From positions 14,384,001-14,448,000 of the forward strand of contig NC_042999.1 of assembly GCF_006345805.1 (NCBI RefSeq): a DNA stretch of 64,000 nt. Direction: 5' to 3'. The first letter of the stretch is position 1, and each line of letters starts with the position of its first letter. The position numbers were made by a program, and so were the translations under genes. The notes under the pieces are model-generated. The model made no database searches. It worked only from the letters and a program-made list of their open reading frames with translations, and had not been told where the DNA came from. This DNA is from Octopus sinensis (Eukaryota). This document shows positions 52,211 to 63,965 of this stretch, piece by piece.

Positions 52211-52450
52211 TGTAATTTAGTTTTTCCTCATCACAAAGGCGCAATCGATAAAACATTAATGAGAGCATATGAACTAAGGAGTTTTGTAATCAGAAATTTA
52301 GCACCTTAACCAATCAGTCTTTGTATATATTTATATACTGTTGTGTGTGTGTGTGTGTGTGTGTTTGTGTGTATAATGGGATTTTAATAAACTCACATAA
52401 ATTGTTTGCATGTATAACATTTCTTGGCAAACATGAAAAAATTAATTGGA

Positions 52451-52594
52451 ATGAATGAAGACGATGTCAGGAAATTAAGGATATCAAGTGATGGTTTACA
52501 AGAGAGGAAATTGCTGTGGTAGGGGCATGTGGTGAGAAAGGACGAAGAGAACCGAGTGAGCGAGTACTACGGGTTAGTGATTAGTGTCATGTAA
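52451..52594 (+). mobile_element. RTE LINE C-terminal remnant
   Basis: VRKLRISSDGLQERKLLW*GHVVRKDEENRV resembles the RTE RLRW.GHV.R motif. Confidence 0.65.
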
Positions 52595-52981
52595 TGATGG
52601 TTGGTGATTAGCAGCGCACGTAATGAGTTGTTTAGGTTCGGACTCGGCGGCGGTGAAGGTGGCGGTGGCGGTGATGGTGGTGGTGGGCGTGATGATGGAG
52701 GTAATCTGATCTTAAAACCAAACCCAGACAGTCGTATCATCTTACATGATCTGAAAGAATTAAAGATGAAGTAGAGACGATTACATAATCACCAGATTAT
52801 GCTGAGAGAAGGAGAGGAGGGGTGATTGGTGGTTGGTGGGGTGGATGATAAAACGGCCCTAACCTTGGTATCTTACCAATACCCGAATATAGTCAAGCGA
52901 ACTTAGCTAACTCATACTGGTATCATATAATGGATTTTAACACATGATTCTTTAATTTATTTTATTTTAATAATTTATTTA

Positions 52982-53378
52982 TAACTAGCAGTATCACCCG
53001 GTGTTGCTCGGGTTTGTTTCGACCCTTTAGAATTGGAATTTTTGAAAAGTAAAAATTTTGCATTATGTAGCTTGTTATTCTCTTTAAGTGAATATTTTTC
53101 TGGTTGAAATACACCGAAAAATGGAGACACAGCAGTCAAAAAATCGTAAAAAATGAGGATTTTCAAAAAAAAAAAGCACCTTTTTGATGTAAATAATTTT
53201 TGGTGTTAACATGGTCCGATTTGAATTTGTTCTTCTACGAAATGAAGAGCAAGCTTTCTTCTATCATACTCTCAATTTTGGTCAACTTGCGTCGCAGGGT
53301 CTCGGAGGAGATAGTGTTAGTTGAAGGCTACCAAACCTGCCATACACAGACAACTTCAGCTTTATATATAGAGAGATT
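52982..53378 (+). mobile_element. Non-autonomous Helentron/Helitron-like element (HINE/DINE-like)
   Basis: 5' taactag followed by hairpin acccg-gtgttgct-cgggt; 3' ctttatatatagagagat; T-rich flanks with no TSD. Confidence 0.55.
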
Positions 53379-53676
53379 TTGCAAGAATTTTGGGTTAACA
53401 TGCAGTTAAAAGGTTTAGAAAAAAAACTGAAAGTAAACTGACCGGAAGTGACAACAGCAGTATTTCTCAACTGACTAGCCCCCTCCTCCAAAATTTCAGG
53501 CCTTGCACCTATATTACAAAGAATTATTCTTTTCTGCTCTGTAAGATGTCTCTGTTGTCACTACTTTTTATTCTTTAAAACCCCTAAATTGCATGTTAAC
53601 CGAATTTTGATCTGAAACCGTGCGTTGCAACTAATATTGTATGTTAGGTAAAAAAAAAAAAAAATCATCGATAATA

Positions 53677-54091
53677 TAGGTGTAGGAGTGGCTGTGTGAT
53701 AAGTAGCTTGCTTACGAACCACGTGGTTCCGGGTTCAGTCCCACAGCGTGACACCTTGGGTAAGTGTCTACTATAGCCTCGAGCCGACCAAAGCCTTGTG
53801 AATGGATTTGGTAGACGGAAACTGAAAGAAGCCCGTCATATATATATATGTATATATATATATGTGTGTGTGTGTGTGCGTGTATGCTTGTGTGTCTGTG
53901 TTTTTCCCCTCCAGCATAGCTTGACAACCGATGCTGGTGTGTTTACGTCCCCGTAACTTAGCGGTTCGGCAAAAGAAACCGATAGAATAATAAGTACTAG
54001 GCTTACAAAGAATAAGTCCTGGGGTCGATTTGCTCGACTAAAGGCGGTGCTCCAGCATGGCCACAGTCAAATGACCGAAACAAGTAAAAGA
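53677..54091 (+). mobile_element. SINE family A, full length, well preserved
   Basis: CpG-intact copy used as the family reference. Confidence 0.92.
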
Positions 54092-54929
54092 TTAAAGTAG
54101 TTTGATGTCGTGAAAATAAGTGAAAAATAAATCGTACAGGAATTGATGTTGTGGAAATGTGAATTTCATAAATATGGGTACACCTAGTTCACAGCTGCGA
54201 CGTAGTGTATCCAACAACACCAGTGGAAAGCCACAGGGATGCATATGATAGCCAATGGGTAATCTTCGACCTAAGTTTAGGTCACATATATAGTTAAGAA
54301 GATGTGAACTATTCATGAAACTTTGTTGATCTAACGATGAGAGCATTCATTCGCAGATTATCGAAGGGCAGTGGTTGCTCGCTACGGAAGAAACCTTGGT
54401 GACAATGTCTGAGCAGATATGGCAAAAGAGGTTCAGAGAAAATTCCTTCGATATTGATGCATGACGTTATTCATCCGCACAACCTTTCTTCATGTCATAG
54501 ATAAAAAGGCAAAGCTTGAAAAGAAGGTGAACAGCATAATCTCCTCACACCGTCACTCTCTGGATCAATATTGAAGGAACCCCGGTTCTGAAACTGTACA
54601 AAAGCTATAGATATATGCTTGTTCTATGCATCATTTTCACGTTATATAAATATAATAAAATTATAGGATTTCACTGTCGTCACTTACAGTTTCTAATGTA
54701 ATTTGTTTTCACTCTCCTTCTGACACTAAACTGCACGTTAATCAGTTAAGTTTACTTAATGGGTGTTAAAATGCTGTTATAAGAATGAGATAGATAGTCA
54801 CTGAGTATTGATAAAACAGATCAGCTTCTTAAACTTCGTCTTTTTCACCTGGGGGAAGTAGTTCAAAGATAGAAAAGTCTACTCGAAGAACGATCGAAAT
54901 CGAGTGTATGTCGAAAAAGAATGATCGAC

Positions 54930-55335
54930 AAATAATCCTTTCTACTATGGGCACAAGGCCCGAAATTATGGGGGAAGGGACTAATCGATTACACTGACCC
55001 CAGTGTTTCACTGGTACTTAATTTATCGATCCCGAAAAGGATAAAAAGCAAAGTCGACCTCGGCGGAATGTGAACTCAGAAAGTAGCGACAGGCGAAATA
55101 CTTATTTCTTTACTACCCACAAGGGGCTAAACACAGAGAGGACAAACAAGGACAGACAAACGGATTAAGTCGATTATATAGACCCCAGTGCGTAACTGGT
55201 ACTTGTTTAATCGATCCCGAAAGGATGAAAGGCAAAGTCGACCTCGGCGGAATTTGAACTCGGAAAGTAGTGACAGGCGAAATACTGCTAAGCATTTCGT
55301 CTGGCGCGCTAACGACTCTGCCAGCTTGCCGCCTT
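54930..55335 (-). mobile_element. SINE family B heterodimer (two different 3' tails)
   Basis: Head at 55335, tail 1 ending aagaaataa|gtatttcg at ~55101, second body with tail cccataatttcgggccttgtgcccatagtagaaagg. Confidence 0.85.
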
Positions 55336-55617
55336 AATGACCGACAAATAATAAAAATGTGTTCGTGGAGTGCTCGGCCACTTGCACGTTAACCTCACAA
55401 GCAGGCTGTTCCGTTGGTCGGATCAACTGGAACATTGGTCGTCGTAAGCGACGGAGTGCCAGCTATATGCAAATTGCACCCGTTATGAAAAGCCTACCTT
55501 GCCAAATGCAGTAGTAAACGTGAAACTATTAGTAGCTTTCTGATCGGACATTGCCAAGGATATACACTACTCTACTACATGAAATATAGATATATGTATG
55601 CATAAGTAGGTAGGTAA

Positions 55618-55664
<47 letters not shown>

Positions 55665-55906
55665 TGAATGTATAATGTTTATCAACAAGAGCCAGCATAC
55701 AATGATAGAGGAGACTTCAATACTTCGTAAGGTAAATATATTAATTAATACTGTACAAATGGACACGAGTATTGATGTTGTTGAGTTTCAGCTCATTAAA
55801 TTACAAATTATATTATTACCTATAATGAATATTTCTAAATTCATGTATAATAAAGCAGAGAAGAAACAATTTGGACAGCTATCTGTAAAACGCCAATTTT
55901 TCAAAG

Positions 55907-56102
55907 ATGACGTCTTTCAGATACAGCCGACCATCATTCTTTTTCATGAATTTACAAATATTAATTATAACCATTAATCTAATTTGCAATTCAATTCGCT
56001 GTAGCGATACTTATGCCCACTTGCAATATAGTAATACTGTACAGATAGCTAGCCAGATAAATAGAGATGAAAAGTGTAACATTGAAATTGGAGTACTATT
56101 AG
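55907..56102 (+). CDS. Candidate first coding exon with signal-peptide-like N-terminus
   Basis: (MTSFRYSRPSFFF)MNLQILIITINLICNSIRCSDTY..EKCNIEIGVLL; donor TAG|gtattc; upstream AAG|gtaaat (55731/2) and cag| (55858). Confidence 0.3.
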
Positions 56103-56255
56103 GTATTCAATTAAGTTAACCTTTGTATAGTTTAATAATTTTGTGTAATAAAAGACAATGTATTCATACTTACAAATACATGCATGTCTTCGGAGATCAA
56201 AGAGATAGAGGATAACTACGGACAACTGTTTCGAAACCTCTAGCTTCTATATCAG

Positions 56256-56306
56256 ATTTTATATTCACATTTATACCAATAATAAATGGAGCTTTTGGCT
56301 TTGTGG
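56256..56306 (+). CDS. Candidate 51-nt exon, phase-compatible with 55907-56102
   Basis: ctagcttctatatcag|..GTGG|gtaaat; joins in frame to give ..IGVLLDFIFTFIPIINGAFGFVG. Confidence 0.25.
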
Positions 56307-56524
56307 GTAAATATCTGAGTGACAATCTGAATAAACTAGGGTGTTGAGAAAGACAGAAAAACAACCAGCCATCTAACATACACGTTACAAATACAATATG
56401 TAAGCGGAACAGTTAAAGCCTGTAAGACATTTCTCAAGTTCAGAGTGTGACATTGTTTTTGTGGAGCTTTTGAATCTTTGTTAGAAATCAGTTTTTTTTT
56501 TCCTTAGAGAAAGATTTAAAATAA

Positions 56525-56750
56525 TTGGTTTCAAATTTGATTATAAGGCCAGCAATGTTTTTGGGCGTGGTTGGGGGTTAAGTGATTACATCAACCCCAG
56601 CGATCAACTGGTACATATTTTTATCGATCTCGAAAGGATGAAAGGCAAAGTTGACTTCAGCAGAATTTGAACTCAGGACGTAAAGACAGACTAAATGTGG
56701 CTAAACATTTTTCTCGGCCGGCTAACGATTCTGCCTGATCGCAACCTTAA
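56525..56750 (-). mobile_element. SINE family B variant, decayed
   Basis: cgaaaggatgaaaggcaaagttgacttcagcagaatttgaactcag. Confidence 0.7.
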
Positions 56751-56763
56751 AGATTTCAAATTA

Positions 56764-56937
56764 GCGTATTTTAACGTGTATAAGGACCCCCCCCCCCAAT
56801 TTGGGTGGGGGGTGGGGCTTAAAATTTGGAAAAAAGGTTTTGTAATGGATTATAATACTATCCATGTATAAGAAACTCCCATATTTTATTAACCTAATTT
56901 TTGACAAAAATGAGTTCCTTATACACGTTAAATACGG
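56764..56937. mobile_element. pogo/Tigger-type MITE, 174 bp
   Basis: TA|gcgtattttaacgtgtataagga ... tccttatacacgttaaatacgg|TA. Confidence 0.8.
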
Positions 56938-56967
56938 TAGTAACAACACGCCCGCACATACATACAT

Positions 56968-57020
<53 letters not shown>

Positions 57021-57412
57021 TAAATACATGAGTATTACTGGTTGCAAATATGACTGAACGGTTAAGATAATTTGCTTCCCAGTCAGGTTCCAGGTTCGAT
57101 CCTACCTGAAGAAGTGTCTTCTACAACAGATTCGAGTCTACCCAACTATTATTGTCTGTATGAAAAGTAAGTTATCGGAACTGCGTGAAAGTCCGTCAGA
57201 TAGGCTGTACACGTTTAGTGAGAGGAGCGCCGTGTCACGCTAAACTTAACCACAACTATTATGATGTAATGAGATGAGGGTAGATCTGTTTGTCGAACAG
57301 CTGGAATAATGATTGTCGAAAGCAGGCTGAACCTCTTCGTACTTTTTATTCATTACATGTATTACAATATTACAATACTGAGTCTATTATCATCTTCAAT
57401 TCATTCATAGTT

Positions 57413-58090
57413 TATGGGGGCAGCTAGCTAGCAGAATCGTCAGCACGCCGGGCAACATCTTTAACGGTATTTCGTTCGTCTTTATGTCCAGAGTTCAAAT
57501 TCCGCCAATGTGTTTCCGCTCTGAGTTTAAATTCCGCCAAGGTCTTTACATTCTGAGTTCAAATTCCGCCAAGGTCTTTACATTCTGAGTTTAAATTCCG
57601 CCAAGGTCTTTACATTCTGAGTTCAAATTCCGCCAAGTCTTTACATTCTGAGTTTAAATTCCGCCAAGGTCTTTACATTCTGAGTTCAAATTCCGCCAAG
57701 GTCTTTACATTCTGAGTTCAAATTCCGCCAAGGTCTTTACATTCTGAGTTCAAATTCCGCCAAGGTCTTTACATTCTGAGTTCAAATTCCGCCAAGGTCT
57801 TTACATTCTGAGTTTAAATTCCGCCAAGGTCTTTACATTCTGAGTTCAAATTCCGCCAAGGTCTTTACATTCTGAGTTTAAATTCCGCCAAGGTCTTTAC
57901 ATTCTGAGTTCAAATTCCGCCAAGGTCTTTACATTCTGAGTTTAAATTCCGCCAAGGTCTTTACATTCTGAGTTTAAATTCCGCCAAGGTCTTTACATTC
58001 TGAGTTCAAATTCCGCCAAGGTCTTTATGCTTTGAGATTAAATTCCGCCAAGTTCGACTTTGCGTTTTATCCTTTCGGGGTCGATGAAGG
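57413..58090 (+). mobile_element. SINE family B with internally expanded B-box region
   Basis: Head agctagcagaatcgtcagcacgccggg, array, then gactttgcgttttatcctttcggggtcga. Confidence 0.85.
57487..58052 (+). repeat. 18 x 32-bp tandem array
   Basis: Unit ttctgagtt[c/t]aaattccgccaaggtctttaca; unit starts enumerated from 57487 to 58030. Confidence 0.97.
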
Positions 58091-58380
58091 AAATATCTAC
58101 TCACTCCCTTCTCCGAAATTACTGGTCTTCTGCCAAAATTTGGAACCAATTCATTCATAGTTTCATTGTCTTTCTATGTCTGCATAAATTAGACAAAGCT
58201 TCTCTAGTTGCAAGTGGTATAGCATCTGGTATTCAGGAATGTGTGGAAGCATATAATTAAGTATTTAGTGGAGAATGTTGAATGACGGTAAAATATTGTT
58301 TTAAAGTCAGATGCCCTCTCACATTCCAACCACAGAGCTCCAATATATAGACGTATATGTATGTTTATGTGTGTGTGTGC

Positions 58381-58457
<77 letters not shown>

Positions 58458-58460
<3 letters not shown>

Positions 58461-58650
58461 AGTTAATCCAAACAAGAAAGCACAAAAAAAACACAACAAC
58501 GCGAGGACGTGGAACAAATATAGTATTATTGGACGCTCAGGAAAGAAGGAAAGAATGAGGGTTTAACGTTTCGAGCGGAGCTCTTCGTTGGAAACATAGG
58601 AGAAGGGAAGACAGGGGGGAAAAAATCGCCAACGGTACACACGAGGTCAC
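58458..58650 (-). mobile_element. PLE-like terminal fragment with degenerate hammerhead-like core
   Basis: rc gttt-CCAACGA-A-GAGC tcc GCTC-GAAAC-GTT-aaac at 58561-58595; adjacent to (TA)n. Confidence 0.5.
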
Positions 58651-58982
58651 ATAGGGTTGGCCAAAAGTCACCCGACAGTAAATCAAAATTTCATAAATAT
58701 TATTTGTAATTCTGTATTGACTCGAATGAAAAAAATGTGTCGCTCAAGAAGGACTTCAATTTGAATAATTTTCATAATGTTTCATATTAGATGCCTTTTT
58801 TATGGTCATAGCATGCGCTCATACGCGATTGCTATGAGCATTTTTACTTTTCACTTCCTCCCCTTCGGTTTTCCCCCCTGTTTAACGGTCATTCTAATAG
58901 CTCTTTTGTCTTAATAACGGTCACTTACATAGAAATTTCCCTTTATTTAACGGTCATTTTCATAGCATATTTTGATTGCCTC

Positions 58983-59043
58983 GATAACTGACGAGATGCC
59001 GGAGCAGGTTTCCGCCCCGACATTTGAAACTCGGAGTCTTATT
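58983..59043 (+). ncRNA. Type I hammerhead ribozyme-like motif (best-preserved copy)
   Basis: GATAA-CTGACGA-GATGCCGG..CCGACATT-T-GAA-ACTC-G-GAGT-C-TTATT: stem I 5 bp, stem II 7 of 8 paired, palindromic stem III, GUC triplet at 59036-59038. Confidence 0.65.
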
Positions 59044-59313
59044 ATGGCAACCGAATAATTGTCACATATTATGTTATATTATGTATATATATTGTGTGTG
59101 TATATAGTGATTTATTGGCTTTTAGAACTTGTCTAAAAGAATTTTTATTTACTCACAATGCTCAACGCGTTATTCAGATTTTAACGGGAAGCGATTGTGG
59201 TCAAGAGTAAAAGATATAAGTGAAAATCCTTGAATTTCTGATAGATTACACGAAAAAAACGTGTACATTTATCTTATCGGTCCCATCTATCTATCTATCT
59301 ATCTATCTGTCTA

Positions 59314-59358
<45 letters not shown>

Positions 59359-60411
59359 TGATAAACAGACACAGATGGATGGATGGATGGATGGATATGT
59401 TTCTTTATTGGCCACACAGGGCTGAACACGGGACAAAATACAATGTAGAGCTTTTCTTTTGGGGAAGAAAAGAAAAAAAAAGAGGGGGTGGAGAATTCCG
59501 ATCAAAAGGGATCGTGGAAAAGAAAAAAATAACTAGATGGATGGATGTATGGATAGTGTGTAAATAACAGATGAAGAGAAGAGGGAAGAGAACAATACTA
59601 AATGCTTGTAGACTTCAGTTTCTCGTTTACTGTGAGCTGAAGAAACTTGGAGTGAAAGTCAGATACTGTTCCGAATTTCAAAATCTTTACGCACATTCAT
59701 AGCTGCATACATTGCTGCATGCACATTCTTCTCTGCACATAAAATGTATTATGGAGATACATACACACACATATACACACACACAGGCCGTCTTACATTC
59801 ATACGTACGTACGTACGTACATACATATATAAATAAATAACAATCGATGTATTTGAAGCTTCAATATAAAATAGTAGGCATTATTTTACAGTTAGTTTAC
59901 GCAATCTGTATTCTGTTCGCCGTATTTCATAGCAACAGTTATTCTAAGCAGAAACATATACACACTCGCACATACATCATACACAGACTATACATACATA
60001 TACACACCTTACACACATTCATACCATACACTAACTAACAGCTTGCTATTCTATAACAAAATCCAAAATAATAAAATAACCAACGAAACAAATCGAAACT
60101 ACGCATGTTGTACGCATGGAGTGTAATATCCTTCAAGTGTTGTGTGTTGGCTTTTATTGTTACGTCCGTTTTATGCTTTTTATTTTATTTTAGATGTTTT
60201 GCCGTGTTTTTTTTTTTTTTTGTGTTCTTTGAAATGTGGGAGATTGTGTGTGTGTGTGTACGCATCTGTGTGCATACTTTCAAAGATGTATATAATATGT
60301 ATATGCGTGTGTGTGTGTGTGTATTTATACACATACACACAGACACATACGTATATAGTGAGATGGGTACATACATGTTATATGTCAAATATATATGCGT
60401 GTAGATGTGTA

Positions 60412-60415
60412 TGAA

Positions 60416-60446
<31 letters not shown>

Positions 60447-61220
60447 TGTATGTATGTGTGTATGTATGTATGTATGTATGTATGTATGTATGTATGTGTG
60501 TATGTATGTGTGTATGTATGTATGTATGTATGTATGTAGGTATGTATGTATGTATGTATGTATGTGTGTATGTGGTGTATGTGTGTATGTGTGTGTGTAT
60601 GTGTATGTATGTATGTATGTATGTATGTATGTATCTATGTATGTATGTATGTAGGTATGTATGTATGTATGTATGTATGTATGTGTGTATGTATGTGTGT
60701 ATGTATGTATGTATGTATGTGTGTAGTATGTATGTTGTTGTATGTATGTATGTATGTATGTATGTATGTATGTGTGTATGTATGTATGTATGTATGTATG
60801 TATGTGTGTATGTATGTGTGTATGTGTGTATGTGTGTGTATGTATGTGTGTATGTATGTATGTATGTATGTATGTGTGTATGTGTGTATGTATGTATGTA
60901 TGTATGTGTGTATGTATGTATGTATGTATGTATTGTGTGTGTTGTGGTGTGTATGTATGTATGTATGTATGTATGTATGTATGTATGTATGTATGTGTGT
61001 ATGTATGTGTGCGTGTATGTATGTATGTATGTGTGCGTGTATGTATGTATGTGTGTATGTATGTATGTATGTATGTATGTATGTATGTGTGTGTATGTAT
61101 GTGTGTGTGTATGTATGTATGTATGTATGTGTGCGTGTATGTATGTGTGTATGTATGTATGTATGTATGTGTGTATGTATGTGTGTGTGTATGTATGTGT
61201 ATGTATGTATGTATGTATGT
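60412..61220. repeat. ~800-bp (TATG)n/(TG)n array
   Basis: Direct inspection. Confidence 0.97.
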
Positions 61221-61627
61221 AGTGTTCTTAATTTTGTTTTTCTCTTTTGCTTTCGGTTTCATAAGTCTCGCTACCGTCTCTCTCTCCTTCCCCTTCTCTC
61301 TCTCTCTCACTGTTACATCGTTCTCTCTCTTTCCTCTGACTGTCTGTCTCTCTCTCTCTCTCTCTCTCATCGTTCTCTTTCTTTCTGTCTGTCTCACACT
61401 TTCTCACTTTCTTCTCTCTCTCTCTGTCTCACTGTACTGGGAATCTCCTATCGAAATTGGAATCTCTTTGTCGGACGAAACATGTGCTAGTTGTGATATA
61501 TATACATATATACAACCTTAACACCATTACCACAATCACCACCATCAACCACAGAGCATTTTTGTTGTCATTTCTTTCCTTTATTTCCCTGCTAACACGA
61601 AACATTTATTTCCCTGTTCTCCTGGCT

Positions 61628-61668
<41 letters not shown>

Positions 61669-62337
61669 ATCTTTCTTTCCAACTCTGTCTCTTTCTACTC
61701 CTCTCACTCTCTTCCTTTCTCTTTCTTTCTCATATTATTTTCCTTCGCAGTCTTTCTTTCCTTCCCCTTTTCATACTTTCACCCCCTACGGTCTCAACTC
61801 TCCATCCCCGTTTATTTAACTCCCTCTCACAGCTAAACTCCCCTTTCTTTTTGTCTTTCTTTCTTTCTTTCCTAGAACACCCTCCTCTCTCTCTTGTTCT
61901 CTCTCTCTCTTTCCTTTAAAGGCTGTCTATTATTTATATACACAATAGTATATCTATCGATTATTTTGTACTTTGATTAATTCCTATGGCGAAGTTGACC
62001 GTAAAATCAACGAATTCCGGTTATCAAATAAATAAAAATAAACATAAAAACAAAAAAAAGAAACACAACTCTATAGTGTGTCGTTATATTTTTAAATATA
62101 TTTTCATATACTTCTTCTATCACTTTATGAAACACACACACACACACACACGCATGCACATGTATGTATGTATGTATGTATGTATGTATGTATGTATGAT
62201 GGATATATGTATGTATAGAGAGAGAAAGAGAAATACGCATGTATACGCACACTTATATATATATATATATATATATGCACATACATTGACACATATATGT
62301 GCACATACACACCAAACATGTCGATACATAGACATAC

Positions 62338-62383
<46 letters not shown>

Positions 62384-62706
62384 ACATGCTTATCATTTTT
62401 ATTAACCCTCTTCTTATCTCTCTTCCTCTCTACCCCTCCCTCTCACATCATACCTTTTCAGACAAATTGGAGGTATTTAAACAAAGCAACCAACGACTTC
62501 ACAGTTGCACGCATGCACACTGACACACACACACACTCACTGACACACACACACACACACACTCACACACAACACAAATATTAGTATTAGGTTCTCATTC
62601 ATTACGTCAGTGCAATGTTTTTTTGTTTTTCGTTTAGTTCTTTTTTTGTTGTTATTTTTCTAATTGTTAAATGAAACTCGATTTCCAATATTTCTATGTC
62701 ACGGTG

Positions 62707-62737
<31 letters not shown>

Positions 62738-62959
62738 AGGAGGCAGCAGCGGCGGCGGTGGTGGTGTCGGTGGTAGTGGTATCAGGTGAGAAGAATGCTT
62801 AAATACCTATTCATCAAATGATACCTGAGACAGCAAGCGATTCCTGCACTTCCCTCTTTTCTCGACTTGTTACTATTGTTACAGATAAACACACACACTT
62901 ACACACACTTACACACACTGCGCTTCCCTCTCTACCCCCTTCTCTCTCTCTCTACCCCC

Positions 62960-62998
<39 letters not shown>

Positions 62999-63256
62999 GT
63001 ACTCCTCGGAATTGATGGAAAAGCTGTGTCGAATTATCAACTCATTCATTCATTAGTAAGCTCCGTGTAGTAGACGTTTTGGCTGTTGTTATCATTGTTA
63101 TTCTTTATTACTTCCATTGTAAGTAAAAAAAAAAGATCGGTTTGGTTGAGTCTGTGACATTCTCTCACACGCGAAGTCTAATTTGTATTCCGGCAAAAAA
63201 AAATATAGATAAATAAAACGAAAGAAAAGAAGAAAACTATAATAAAAAGAAAGAAA

Positions 63257-63300
63257 ATGGTGGCGGACGTGGGGGAGGACGTCGTTCGTTTTTGTGAGGC
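63257..63300 (+). CDS. Candidate first coding exon MVADVGEDVVRFCE(A)
   Basis: aaaATGG context, in-frame upstream stop at 63206, CpG-rich, perfect donor GC|gtaagt at 63301. Confidence 0.4.
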
Positions 63301-63613
63301 GTAAGTGTAGTTTAAAGTAAAAGTTTGGTGCAGGAAATTAATAAACGATATTATTATTAGGAAATTCATTCCAATTTTCCGATAATAATAGTAATAATAA
63401 TAATAATAGTAGTAGTAGTACATGGAACAAATGTGGAGCACTTTCCCTAGCAGAAAGCAGCACTGCTTGGAACTGCTCGAATACTCTGGATGGTTGCTTG
63501 AAAAATAAGGGGTGTTACCTTAGTTTACTGTTAAAGAACAGCTGACACTGTAGTACATCTCCAGTGTTAGAAGCTGTGCAGAGGCAATATAATAATAATA
63601 ATGATAATAATAA

Positions 63614-63965
63614 TTTCTGCTATAGGCACAAGGCTTGAAATTTGGTGAAGGAGATAAGTCGATTTCATCGACCCCAGTGTTACACTGGTACTTAATTTAT
63701 CGATCCTTGGCGTTAGGAAGGGCATCCAGCTGTAGAAACACTGCCAGATCTGACTGGATTGGTGCAGCTTTCGGGCTCCCCAGACCCCAGTTGAACCGTC
63801 CAACCCATGCTAGCATGGAAAGCGGACGTTAAATGATGATGATGATGATGAAAAGGATGAAAGGCAAAGCCAGCCTTTGCGGAATTTGAACTCAGAATAT
63901 AGCTACAAATGAAATACCACTAAGCATTTCTCTTGGTGCGTTAATGATTCTGCCATCTTGCTGTC
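63614..63965. mobile_element. SINE-B variant (-) split by a 5'-truncated SINE-C (+, 63707-63850)
   Basis: tttatcgatcc [ttggcgttaggaaggg..gatgatg] aaaaggatgaaaggc. Confidence 0.8.

Noticed and set aside
57487-58052. 32-bp direct repeats resembling a CRISPR array
   Set aside because: Units are head-to-tail without spacers and derive from the host SINE.
58652-58680. tagggttggccaaaagtcacccgac, resembling a Tc1/mariner terminus
   Set aside because: No partner TIR or transposase found in the window.
60378-61521. Long ORFs (259-339 aa) on both strands
   Set aside because: They are translations of (TATG)n/(TG)n microsatellite (YVCM/HTYI repeats). The same applies to the ORFs at 29066-30248, 37738-38413, 42167-42710 and 51038-51573.
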